Of a DNA stretch of 44,235 nucleotides, positions 36,437-44,235 are shown piece by piece; the first letter of the stretch is position 1; each line of letters begins with the position of its first letter. The DNA comes from an uncultured Microbacteriaceae bacterium. GTDB taxonomy: Bacteria > Actinomycetota > Actinomycetes > Actinomycetales > Microbacteriaceae. The notes beneath the pieces were generated by a model. That model had not been told where the DNA came from. It ran no database searches and worked only from the letters and a program-made list of their open reading frames with translations. Position numbers and translations under genes: made by a program. The stretch is from contig CAIWRM010000190.1 of assembly GCA_903915075.1 (NCBI GenBank), positions 1 through 44,235 of the forward strand, read 5' to 3'.

Positions 36437-38892
36437 GCGTAACCCACGCTCGAGTAAGCCACCACGCCGCGTCGAACCTGGTCAAGAGCCGTTCGGGCGG
36501 TCTTTGCCAAAGTGGCTCCGGCCACATTCGTCACCTGATCGAGAAGGTCAATCGTTTGCTTTGTCCATCGAACGAAATCGCCGGCCGGCATGTCGGCGTC
36601 GAAGAGAACGTCGTCGAGAGAGGCCCCCTGAGCCCAGCGATACATCGCCCGCGAGAGTCCCGCAGCCAGCGGAGTCGTGCCGGGAAGCTTGACACGCTGT
36701 TCGATGTCGTCGAGCTCACTCCACAGATTGCCCGTGGCATCGAAGGCCGTCACAAAAGCTCCCCGCGGCAGACGGCGCTCACTGATGTCGCCTTCGTCGC
36801 GTCTCGGCTCAAAAACAATGGCGCAGACGAGAGCGGCGAGACCGGGAGGATCGAGTTCATCCCACAGTCCACGGCGCAGGGACTCGGCCACCAAGAGGTC
36901 ACGGTCCCCGTAGATGCGTGCCAGCGTTCGACCCTCGTGCGTGCGCTCCAGTGCTCCGTTCTCGGTGTTCCGGAGGTAGCCCAACTCGAGCAACACATCG
37001 CACACGCGGTCAAACGTGCGAGCGACGGCTCCCGTGCGTTCGTTTATCTGCCGAACAAGAGTGTCGGTGTCCCGACGGAGACGCCACCAGCGCTCCGCCC
37101 AGCGCGCGTGTTCCTCGCGGTCCGCACAGGCGTGACACGCGTGGGCTCGCATATCCTTTCGCAGGCGATTGAGCTCGTTCGCGCGGCGGTCACGAGACGC
37201 ACGAGAGTCATTGGCTCGCACAGATGCACGCTCCTTCTCGGTCAGCGCTCGGCGAACCGCTGCGTACTCGGCGAAATCCCCGAGATGGCATTGCATGGGC
37301 GCCTCAAAGCCAGTGAGCGACTCCTCCTGCTGGCGAACCTTGCGCGCGAGGTCGACCACCGCTCGGTCGGCCTGAAACTGGGCAAAAGATGACTCAAGAA
37401 TCTCGCGCGTGCGCTGTCGGCCAAACTGATAAACGAGGTTGACGGCCATGTTGTAAGTGGGACGAAAACTGGAATTGAGCGGGTAGGTGCGCCGACTGGC
37501 CAAGTTGGCGATTGACTGCGGATCGTGTTGCCCAGTCCACTGAACAACGGCATGCCCTTCGACATCGATGCCGCGCCGTCCCGCGCGTCCGGTGATTTGG
37601 GTGTACTCACCTGCGGTGAGGGGCACACGTGCTTCACCGTTGAACTTCTCGAGCTTCTCGAGAACCACTGAACGAGCCGGCATGTTGATTCCGAGAGCGA
37701 GTGTTTCTGTTGCGAAAACCACCTTGACGAGTTTGCGTTGAAAAAGCTCTTCCACAACCTCTTTGAATGCCGGCAGAAGGCCGGCGTGGTGGGCGGCGAC
37801 ACCCCGCTCGAGGCCTTCGAGCCACTTCCAGTAGCCGAGCACGCCCAAATCCTCATCGAGCAGTGTTCGACAGCGCTCGTCGACAGTCTCTCGAATCTCT
37901 TCGCGCTCGGCTGCATCGGTCAATCGCACACCGGCCTGAACGCACTGTCGCACGGCCTGGTCACATCCCGCACGGCTGAAAATGAAAAAGATTGCGGGCA
38001 GGAGTTGACGCTCGCCGAGCATGTCGATCACATCGGGTCGGTCTAAGCGCGACTTCAGTGGCGCGCTCTGACCGCCTGCACCGTAACGATTTCGATTACG
38101 GTCTGCCTGACGCGACTGTTGACCGCGCGCGTGGGGTTGCCGCATAGCAGCTTGCGTGAGCCTCGCGAGCTCGGGATTGACGCGGTGAGTGGCAGCCTGA
38201 CCTGATGAATCAAAAAGGTCGACGAACTTGCTGGCCACAATGACGTGCTGATCGAGTGGTACCGGTCGCTCTTCTGAGAGCACAAGGCTCACTCCCCCGC
38301 GGACCGCCTCGAGCCAATCAGCGAACTCTTCAGCGTTAGAAACCGTGGCGCTCAAACAAATCAACCGAACGGCTTCCGGCAGGTGAATGATCACCTCTTC
38401 CCATACGGCGCCGCGGAAACGATCGGCCAGGTAGTGCACCTCATCCATGATCACAAACGTCAAATCACTGAGGGCCGCAGAATCCGCGTAAAGCATGTTT
38501 CGCAGGACCTCGGTGGTCATCACGACGAGCCGAGCGTTCCCGTTGATGTTGGTATCTCCGGTCAGGAGCCCAACGTCGTCACTCCCCCACCGATCAACGA
38601 GTTCGTTGTACTTCTGATTACTCAATGCCTTCATGGGTGTCGTGAAGAATACCTTGGAAGACTTGGCGGGATCTGACATTGCGAGGTGGATCGCAAACTC
38701 AGCGACAATCGTCTTTCCCGCACCGGTGGGCGCTGCCACGAGAACGCTCTGCCCCTCCTCTACGCGCTGGCATGCCTCGATTTGGAAGGGATCCAAATCG
38801 AAATCGCGGGACACGCGAAAGTCCTCGACGACCGGATGGGATGCGGCAACACGTGACACCGCGTAGCGCTCCGCCGGTGAGAGCTCACTCAT
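36433..38892 (-). CDS. helY: Ski2-like DEAD/DEAH-box RNA helicase (HelY-type)
   Basis: 819 codons. Motif I AAPTGAGKT, motif II MDEVHY, SAT and GRAGRRG. It holds the conserved position downstream of tatC. Confidence 0.9.
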   Translation of the reverse strand: MSELSPAERYAVSRVAASHPVVEDFRVSRDFDLDPFQIEACQRVEEGQSVLVAAPTGAGKTIVAEFAIHLAMSDPAKSSKVFFTTPMKALSNQKYNELVDRWGSDDVGLLTGDTNINGNARLVVMTTEVLRNMLYADSAALSDLTFVIMDEVHYLADRFRGAVWEEVIIHLPEAVRLICLSATVSNAEEFADWLEAVRGGVSLVLSEERPVPLDQHVIVASKFVDLFDSSGQAATHRVNPELARLTQAAMRQPHARGQQSRQADRNRNRYGAGGQSAPLKSRLDRPDVIDMLGERQLLPAIFFIFSRAGCDQAVRQCVQAGVRLTDAAEREEIRETVDERCRTLLDEDLGVLGYWKWLEGLERGVAAHHAGLLPAFKEVVEELFQRKLVKVVFATETLALGINMPARSVVLEKLEKFNGEARVPLTAGEYTQITGRAGRRGIDVEGHAVVQWTGQHDPQSIANLASRRTYPLNSSFRPTYNMAVNLVYQFGRQRTREILESSFAQFQADRAVVDLARKVRQQEESLTGFEAPMQCHLGDFAEYAAVRRALTEKERASVRANDSRASRDRRANELNRLRKDMRAHACHACADREEHARWAERWWRLRRDTDTLVRQINERTGAVARTFDRVCDVLLELGYLRNTENGALERTHEGRTLARIYGDRDLLVAESLRRGLWDELDPPGLAALVCAIVFEPRRDEGDISERRLPRGAFVTAFDATGNLWSELDDIEQRVKLPGTTPLAAGLSRAMYRWAQGASLDDVLFDADMPAGDFVRWTKQTIDLLDQVTNVAGATLAKTARTALDQVRRGVVAYSSVGYA

Positions 38893-39716
38893 TTGGCAGA
38901 GGTGGCAGGCTCGGGTTCAATCGTGGCCACAGGTGCCTCGATATCCCGAAGTTGCTTGCGCGCCTTGCGCTTGTCATGAATCAGCGCCACACCAAGTGCG
39001 AGGAAGTACAGAATCACCATGGGGGCAGCGAGCAGAAGCATTGAGACGACATCCGCGGCCGGCGTGGCGATGGCGGTAAAGAGGGCGATGATCAGCACGG
39101 CGACGCGCCATGACTTGAGGATGCTCTTTGCCGAGAGCACACCGGCAAAATTCAGGAGCACCAAGAACACCGGCAACACGAATCCCACGCCCACCACGAT
39201 CACGAGCTTCAGCACGAAGTCGAAGTAGGTCTTAGCCGTGAGAATGCTCGCGTCGTCTGCGGGAGCAAAGCTTGTCATCAAGAGCACAATGCGCGGGAAA
39301 ACCGCCCAGCCGGCGTAGCAGCCGGCAAGAAAGAGGGGAATCGCTGTAAGAAAAAACGCCAGCACGTACTTGATCTCGCGCCTCGTCATGGCGGGCACAA
39401 AGAACGCCCAGATCTGATACAACCACACGGGCGACGACACGACGAGACCCACGGTCAGCGCGATTTGAAGCTTCAGGTCGAAGGCCGAGGTGACGCCGTC
39501 ATAGTTGAGTGTGGCCACTCTGCCCTGAGCCTCGGCCAGGGCGAAAATCGGCTGCCGCAGGGCGTTGAGAACGAAATCAGCGGCAAACCAGCCACCGACA
39601 CCGCCGATGAAGATGCCAAGGGCAGCAATGTACAGGCGCTTTCGAAACTCGCGAAGATGCTGGCCCAGCGTCATGCGACCCGACCGTCGGGGTCGACGCC
39701 GCGATTCGTCAGACAC
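38889..39716 (-). CDS. tatC: Twin-arginine translocase subunit TatC
   Basis: 275 codons with 6 TM segments and N-terminal MTLGQHLREFRKRL. The stop overlaps the helY ATG (ATGA). GTG 39716 or the ATG 14 codons downstream could be the start. Confidence 0.93.
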   Translation of the reverse strand: MSDESRRRPRRSGRMTLGQHLREFRKRLYIAALGIFIGGVGGWFAADFVLNALRQPIFALAEAQGRVATLNYDGVTSAFDLKLQIALTVGLVVSSPVWLYQIWAFFVPAMTRREIKYVLAFFLTAIPLFLAGCYAGWAVFPRIVLLMTSFAPADDASILTAKTYFDFVLKLVIVVGVGFVLPVFLVLLNFAGVLSAKSILKSWRVAVLIIALFTAIATPAADVVSMLLLAAPMVILYFLALGVALIHDKRKARKQLRDIEAPVATIEPEPATSAK

Positions 39717-39719
39717 GTG

Positions 39720-40076
39720 CTAAGCGGACGGCTTCTTTGCCGCAGGTTTGCGTGCCGCCGTGGTTGCCCGAGCCGATGACTTTGGGGCTGACGAAGCGGG
39801 AGCGGTCCTCACGGTCGATGCCTTGGCGGAGGAGGCCCTTACGGAGGTGGCCTTGCCAGCTACCTCTCGCGTCGAACCGGAACGAGAGCCAGTCTTTTCG
39901 GCTTGTTCCGCAGCGTTCTTCTTTTCGTCCTTCATTGTTTTCATCTCTCCACGGAAGATGCGCATCGATTGCCCCAGACTGCGAGCCAGTCCGGGAAGTT
40001 TGGGCGCGCCAAACAGCAGAACGATGATGACAATGATGATGACCGGCGTCCAGCCCTCGAATAATCCTCGGAACAC
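39720..40076 (-). CDS. tatA: Twin-arginine translocase subunit TatA with an extended Lys/Ala/Ser-rich tail
   Basis: GTG 40076 lies 5 nt after AAGGAG. TM segment plus hinge IIIVIIVLLFGAPKLPGLARSLGQSMRIFRGE, then about 75 low-complexity residues. Confidence 0.9.
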   Translation of the reverse strand: MFRGLFEGWTPVIIIVIIVLLFGAPKLPGLARSLGQSMRIFRGEMKTMKDEKKNAAEQAEKTGSRSGSTREVAGKATSVRASSAKASTVRTAPASSAPKSSARATTAARKPAAKKPSA

Positions 40077-40128
40077 TGTGACTCCTTTGCATTAGGTGAC
40101 GTGAGACTAGTTTAGGCGTGCGCGGAGC

Positions 40129-42147
40129 TTATGCACGAGTGAGTGGGTCATTTTTGTGCCATGAAGCACCGCTGGTGGCCCACCGTGCGACCTCAGCAAC
40201 CGCAAAGTCGGGCGACACCACGCGTACAACTCCCGGTGCCAGTGTCACGAGTTTCCGCAGATTGACAAGGTGGGCCACCGTCAGTTCTGCCCGCACCACT
40301 CCCCCGGTGGGTTCGCTGACGGTCGCGCCGTAGTCGCTGAGGAGGGAGACGGCTGATTCGCTGATTTCGACAGTTATCACGATGCCGGAGTCTGCAGACG
40401 GGGCATCGAAGAGTGTGTCGGGCAGAGATGCGGGATCTATCTGGTGATCACGGGCTTCGGACAGCACGAGAACGTTGCGCATGCGATCCGTACGGAATGT
40501 GCGCATGCTGTCGCGAAGGTGACAAAACCCGCGGAGGTACCAGGTGTTGCCTACAACGTCTAAACGAATGGGGCAGACACGGCGTTCTTCGAGAGACCCC
40601 TCAGCGTTCAAGTAGAAAAACTCGACCTGCAGATTGTCAGAGATGGCACTGGCGAGGGGTACCGCTCGGTCGGGAAGTGGGGCCCGCCGGACGGAAATGT
40701 TCTCGGGGCTCCCCGTTGCGCCGCGACGAATCTTGTTGACGAGGGCATCAACCGACGACCTCTCTTCGTCGCGCACGACGTCTGACATGTACTGCAGTCC
40801 TGCGATGAGCGCCGCGGCCTCGCGGCCAGAGAAGCGCGGGGTCTCGGCTGGCCCCACGTGGTTTGTCATGTCAATGATGTCGTCGGCTTCGAACGAGTCA
40901 AAATCAAAATCGAAGAGGTCGCCGTGTAAACCCTTTCCCGAATCTCCGGGGACTCCGGTCACAAAGAGCGTGCGCACGACGATCCGCATCTCATCCTCAG
41001 AAACCCCAAACGTCGAAGCGGCCTCCGTGACCGAAATGGGCGAATTGTCAATGAGAAAAGGCACGACAGAAAGCATTCTGGCGACAATGTCGGTCGCTTG
41101 AGGGCGAGGGTTTTGCTGGCGTCGTGGCGCGCGACCGACCGATTGGCTCATGGCTTCCCCCCCCTGAGACGCCGCGAGCAGATCGAACCGGTTGCCCAGA
41201 CGCGTCCGCAATTCGGCTGGAGCCGCGACCTCAATGTCTGTGCCGAACTCGCTGAGTTCGTCTGCGAGCAGATCCAAATCGGCCGTGGGGATACTAATTT
41301 CACCACGGGCATCAGCCCCGCCATATTTTGCCGTGAGGCGAAAATCAGCGTCGGAATCGGGGACGACCCGCACACGCGCAATGTTGTGTGAGGCCAATTC
41401 TTCGAGTTCGGCCGTGAGGCGCGCAGCGAAGTCTTCGTCGGGACGTTCATGGCGTTTGCCGGGAACCATGCGCGGAACCGTGGTCACGCGGGACACCAGA
41501 AATGTCCTCTCAGCGTTGCGGTCAAGATCCCACGCCAAGAGGTACCACAGACCGTTCCAGTCGATGAGGGCAAGAGGAGCGCCCTGCCTGGTGGTCGCGG
41601 CAACGTCACCGGGCTTGAGGTAGTCGAACTCCGCGACGCCATCTTGCGAGAGAATCTCGCCAAACTCGTTGACCGCACTGTTCCATCCAGAGATCCGTGG
41701 ACGAACCCCGGTGAGAGAGCTGTCCGGTTCGATTCCCAGCGAGCGCAACTTGTTGAGAGCGCGAAGAGCTTCCTTGTTCATCGAGCCGTGTTGCCACGCG
41801 CGGGCTGCCAACTGCAACAGCGCAATCTCGCCTCGCGAAAACTCAACGTCGGGCGGAAGCACGTAGGTCGCGGGATCAATGAGGTAGCGCACACCGTGAT
41901 TGTCGTCGGACGCATCGGCTGGGGAGCGTGTCTGAATGACAATGCCGAGGTCGCGGATCTCTTTTTTGTCCCGTTCAAAACTCTTCGTGACGGCCGCTAG
42001 AGACTTCTCTGAGTAGGGGTCGAACGTGTCCCGGTAGCCGTCGACGGTGTTGAGAATCTCGTCGATGGTCAACCCAAACCGAGACGCCAGCATGGCGTGA
42101 ATCAGGCTAAATTGCCGGATGACCTTGCTGGGCTCCTCGGCCACCAT
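40129..42147 (-). CDS. pafBC: Fused PafB-PafC (PafBC) WYL-domain transcriptional regulator
   Basis: A single 672-codon frame from ATG 42147, 5 nt after the FKBP stop. Both halves have an N-terminal wHTH-like region and a WYL domain (GLWYLLAWD and NTWYLRGFC). There is no stop at the junction (…AASQGGEA-MSQSVGR…). The track start at 42354 overlaps the FKBP gene. Confidence 0.88.
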   Translation of the reverse strand: MVAEEPSKVIRQFSLIHAMLASRFGLTIDEILNTVDGYRDTFDPYSEKSLAAVTKSFERDKKEIRDLGIVIQTRSPADASDDNHGVRYLIDPATYVLPPDVEFSRGEIALLQLAARAWQHGSMNKEALRALNKLRSLGIEPDSSLTGVRPRISGWNSAVNEFGEILSQDGVAEFDYLKPGDVAATTRQGAPLALIDWNGLWYLLAWDLDRNAERTFLVSRVTTVPRMVPGKRHERPDEDFAARLTAELEELASHNIARVRVVPDSDADFRLTAKYGGADARGEISIPTADLDLLADELSEFGTDIEVAAPAELRTRLGNRFDLLAASQGGEAMSQSVGRAPRRQQNPRPQATDIVARMLSVVPFLIDNSPISVTEAASTFGVSEDEMRIVVRTLFVTGVPGDSGKGLHGDLFDFDFDSFEADDIIDMTNHVGPAETPRFSGREAAALIAGLQYMSDVVRDEERSSVDALVNKIRRGATGSPENISVRRAPLPDRAVPLASAISDNLQVEFFYLNAEGSLEERRVCPIRLDVVGNTWYLRGFCHLRDSMRTFRTDRMRNVLVLSEARDHQIDPASLPDTLFDAPSADSGIVITVEISESAVSLLSDYGATVSEPTGGVVRAELTVAHLVNLRKLVTLAPGVVRVVSPDFAVAEVARWATSGASWHKNDPLTRA

Positions 42148-42152
42148 TGCTC

Positions 42153-43100
42153 CTAGCGCACACCAAGAATGTCGATAACAAACACGAGCGTTGAGTTGGG
42201 CGGGATTGACCCCGTGGCTGCATCGCCGTACCCGTCCTCGGGAATGATGATGACCGCAATCTGCGAGCCCACGTTCTGGCCAGTGAGAGCCTTGGCGAAA
42301 CCCGGAACGACACCGGAGACGGGGAACGTTGCGGGCAACTTGCCTTTCACCCACGTGGAGTCAAACTGAACTGGGGTTTCGTCGTCCGTCGGCCACAGCC
42401 AACCCGAGTAGGCGACCACCACCTCTGAATCGGGTCCCACGGTGGCGCCGGTGCCGGCCTTGATCACGGCGATTCTGGTCTCCGAGGGGGGCGTGGCTCC
42501 GGACAGAAAGGTAATACCTGGCGTGCCGTCCTCAGCGAGAACTATCATGGGGAATCCGTCGGGCACAATCCGCGGTGTTCCGTTGGCCTTGCCGAGGTAG
42601 ACATCGTGAATGTCGAACACGGCAACAAGAGTTGTTCCCTCGGGCAGTCCTAGCGTCGTGGTGAGTTTCAGGTCGTCTCCCAGCACGATCAACACTCGGC
42701 TACCAGCTGGCACGCACTTGAGTGCACTGGCGAGTGCCGGCTGTGCTGTCTCGTCGAGGGCCAATAAGCCAAAGTTCGTGCCGTCATATCCACTAGATGA
42801 CAACATTTCGCCGTTCGCGCCGTCATAGAGCGAGACATCGATGGCGACGCTGTCACCAGCCGTCGAGATCTGACCGTCACCCTTCGACACAATCACGTTC
42901 TGATTCGTCGATGCCTTCAGTGGAGTCGCGAACGTGACATCAGGCTTGGCACCAAAGTTTCCCGAGACAGTTACGGCAGCGACCCCGTCACCGGGCTTTT
43001 CGGCGTAGGTGCAGGACGCGTCGGTTGCCGATGTGGCGCAACCGGCCAGGGCGGTGGCCGCGATGGCGGTAATAACGAACAGGGACAGAGAACGGCGCAC
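42153..43100 (-). CDS. FKBP-type peptidyl-prolyl isomerase lipoprotein (degenerate N-terminal plus canonical C-terminal FKBP domain)
   Basis: Signal peptide VRRSLSLFVITAIAATALAGC (lipobox LAGC) from GTG 43100. GTG 43109 and TTG 43142 are alternative starts. C-terminal FKBP_C pattern VVAYSGWLW...FDSTW...VVPGFAKALTGQNVGSQIAVIIIPEDGYG...LVFVIDILGV. Confidence 0.88.
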   Translation of the reverse strand: MRRSLSLFVITAIAATALAGCATSATDASCTYAEKPGDGVAAVTVSGNFGAKPDVTFATPLKASTNQNVIVSKGDGQISTAGDSVAIDVSLYDGANGEMLSSSGYDGTNFGLLALDETAQPALASALKCVPAGSRVLIVLGDDLKLTTTLGLPEGTTLVAVFDIHDVYLGKANGTPRIVPDGFPMIVLAEDGTPGITFLSGATPPSETRIAVIKAGTGATVGPDSEVVVAYSGWLWPTDDETPVQFDSTWVKGKLPATFPVSGVVPGFAKALTGQNVGSQIAVIIIPEDGYGDAATGSIPPNSTLVFVIDILGVR

Positions 43101-43144
43101 GATACTCACTTCTGGTGGGGGTGATGGAGAAACTGCAAGCAAGT

Positions 43145-44155
43145 CTACGGGGCGTCCGGTTGTACAGATGCTGACAGGCCGTCGGTTGCCAGACGCGCGT
43201 TTTCTGTCGCGAGTCGCACGCGCTTGCGGGTCGACTTGTCGCTCGCGGTTCGCTCCCCCAAGGAGCCGGGAGTCCAGGCTTCAACGTCGTCATCCGTGAA
43301 CTCAGATTTCGACGCGCGTCTTTTCTTCTCGGGAAGAACCGTGCCGGGTGAGAGCAGTCGAGCACTCGCCAGGAATCCGGTGTGAGCGACCATTCGATGG
43401 TCGGGTCGCACAGCGAGACCTTCGACGTGCCAGGTGCGCACCATGGTCTCGCTGGCCGCCGGGTGGGTGAATCTTCCCGTTGCCCGGAGGGCTTCAATAA
43501 CACGAGACAACTGAGTGACGGTGGCAACGTACATGACGACCACGCCACCGGGCACGAGGGCGTTTGCCACATCGTCCACACACTCCCACGGCGCGAGCAT
43601 GTCAAGGATGATGCGATCGGCGCCCTGCGGGCCCACAACACCGGGGAGGCTGGTATTGAGATCACCTACCGTGAGAGTCCAGTTGTCGGGGCTGTATCCA
43701 AAGAAGGTCCCCACGTTGGCTCGAGCAACCTCGGCAAATTCGTCGCGACGTTCGAACGAGTACAAGTGACCCTCGCCCGACAGCGCCCTGAGTAGCCAGA
43801 GACTGAGCGCCCCGGAGCCCACTCCTGCCTCCACAACGCGCGCACCCGGAAACACGTCCGCAAGCCCTAATATCGCTTGAGCGTCCTTGGGGTAGATGAT
43901 TGCCGCGCCCCGAGGCATCGACATGACGAAATCGTGCAGAAGAGGGCGAAGCACCAAGTGCTCGAGACCGACAGCGTTGAGCACCACCGACCCGTCGGCG
44001 AGGCCGATCATGTCGTTGTGTTCGATTCCTCCGCGGTGCGAGTGAAAGACCGCGCCCGGCACGAGCGTTACCGTGTGGAGACGACCCTTGGGGTCGGTGA
44101 TCTGAACGCGGTCCCCAGCGCGCAACGGCCCGGGCGCGAAACGGGCTACGGTCAC
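43145..44155 (-). CDS. trmI: tRNA (adenine58-N1)-methyltransferase TrmI with a C-terminal charged extension
   Basis: 336 codons. SAM motif VVEAGVGSGALSLWLL within a GCD14/TrmI-type fold. GTG 44155 overlaps the TGA of the upstream ORF (GTGA). Confidence 0.88.
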   Translation of the reverse strand: MTVARFAPGPLRAGDRVQITDPKGRLHTVTLVPGAVFHSHRGGIEHNDMIGLADGSVVLNAVGLEHLVLRPLLHDFVMSMPRGAAIIYPKDAQAILGLADVFPGARVVEAGVGSGALSLWLLRALSGEGHLYSFERRDEFAEVARANVGTFFGYSPDNWTLTVGDLNTSLPGVVGPQGADRIILDMLAPWECVDDVANALVPGGVVVMYVATVTQLSRVIEALRATGRFTHPAASETMVRTWHVEGLAVRPDHRMVAHTGFLASARLLSPGTVLPEKKRRASKSEFTDDDVEAWTPGSLGERTASDKSTRKRVRLATENARLATDGLSASVQPDAP

Positions 44156-44235
44156 TCGCTGCCCCGGCCGTTATTGAACACGTCAAAAATGTCTTGCGGC
44201 GTTCGTCCTGCCAGAGTCGGCCACAGAAGACTCGC
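44152..44235 (-). CDS. 3' end of an unidentified upstream gene (5' part lies outside the window)
   Basis: The minus-strand frame is open from the window edge to TGA 44154-44152 (...ASLLWPTLAGRTPQDIFDVFNNGRGSE*). The stop overlaps the trmI GTG, which supports it being a real coupled gene. The product cannot be identified from 27 residues. Confidence 0.4.
   Translation of the reverse strand, partial: ASLLWPTLAGRTPQDIFDVFNNGRGSE

Noticed and set aside
42148-42354. The N-terminal 69 codons of the 741-aa track ORF, which would extend PafBC upstream.
   Set aside because: The extension overlaps the 3' end of the FKBP gene, is Cys/His/Arg-rich and resembles no PafB N-terminus. ATG 42147 sits 5 nt after the FKBP stop and begins directly at the conserved wHTH region.
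1-44235. Window-wide look for CRISPR repeats, IS/transposase or integrase genes, tRNA/rRNA genes, toxin-antitoxin pairs, restriction-modification or other defence modules.
   Set aside because: No spaced direct repeats, no terminal inverted repeats, and no ORF with transposase, integrase, nuclease or methylase signatures were seen. All intergenic regions are 266 nt or shorter and lack tRNA-like T-loop sequences. This was a manual scan only, so small repeats could have been missed.

Overview
The window is conserved chromosomal core from a moderately high-GC actinobacterium, probably Micrococcales-like. That placement rests on signature genes (sepF, divIVA/wag31, ctaF, qcrCAB, rbpA, pafBC) and on gene order.

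Plus-strand block, in order:
- The distal end of the dcw cell-division cluster: murG' (partial), murC, ftsQ, ftsZ, yggS, sepF, yggT, divIVA.
- lspA-rluD, dnaE, and a tight hisD-nrdR-pyrD run.

Next come a DUF3043 gene, an M20 dipeptidase and a HesB/IscA-type Fe-S protein. They are followed by the complete cytochrome bc1-aa3 gene set (ctaC-ctaD-ctaF convergent with ctaE-qcrC-qcrA-qcrB), then trpD and glpK.

A less conserved block of about 7.7 kb (26.9-34.5 kb) holds a MoaF-like calycin protein, two tandem MFS paralogues, a GlcD-type FAD oxidase, an HdeD-like membrane protein, a NUDIX-SDR pair and a GDPD.

The rest is rbpA and a long co-directional minus-strand array: X'-trmI-FKBP lipoprotein-pafBC-tatA-tatC-helY-lnt.

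I found no rRNA or tRNA genes, CRISPR arrays, IS elements, integrases or obvious defence or toxin modules. The many long alternative-frame ORFs in the track are GC-driven artefacts.

I do not see a convincing new multi-gene system here. The observations most worth following up are:
1. A naturally fused PafBC sits in a locus from which the whole Pup/proteasome/PafA module is absent.
2. The MoaF-like gene plus the tandem MFS pair has no known function.
3. An SDR lacking the canonical YxxxK motif is coupled to a NUDIX hydrolase.
4. Several operon-leading genes carry a TANNNT box 6-7 nt upstream of the start codon and are likely leaderless.
5. There are a few unusual gene-end overlaps and one 266-bp non-coding spacer.

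All start codons are inferred by eye and are less certain than the stop coordinates.
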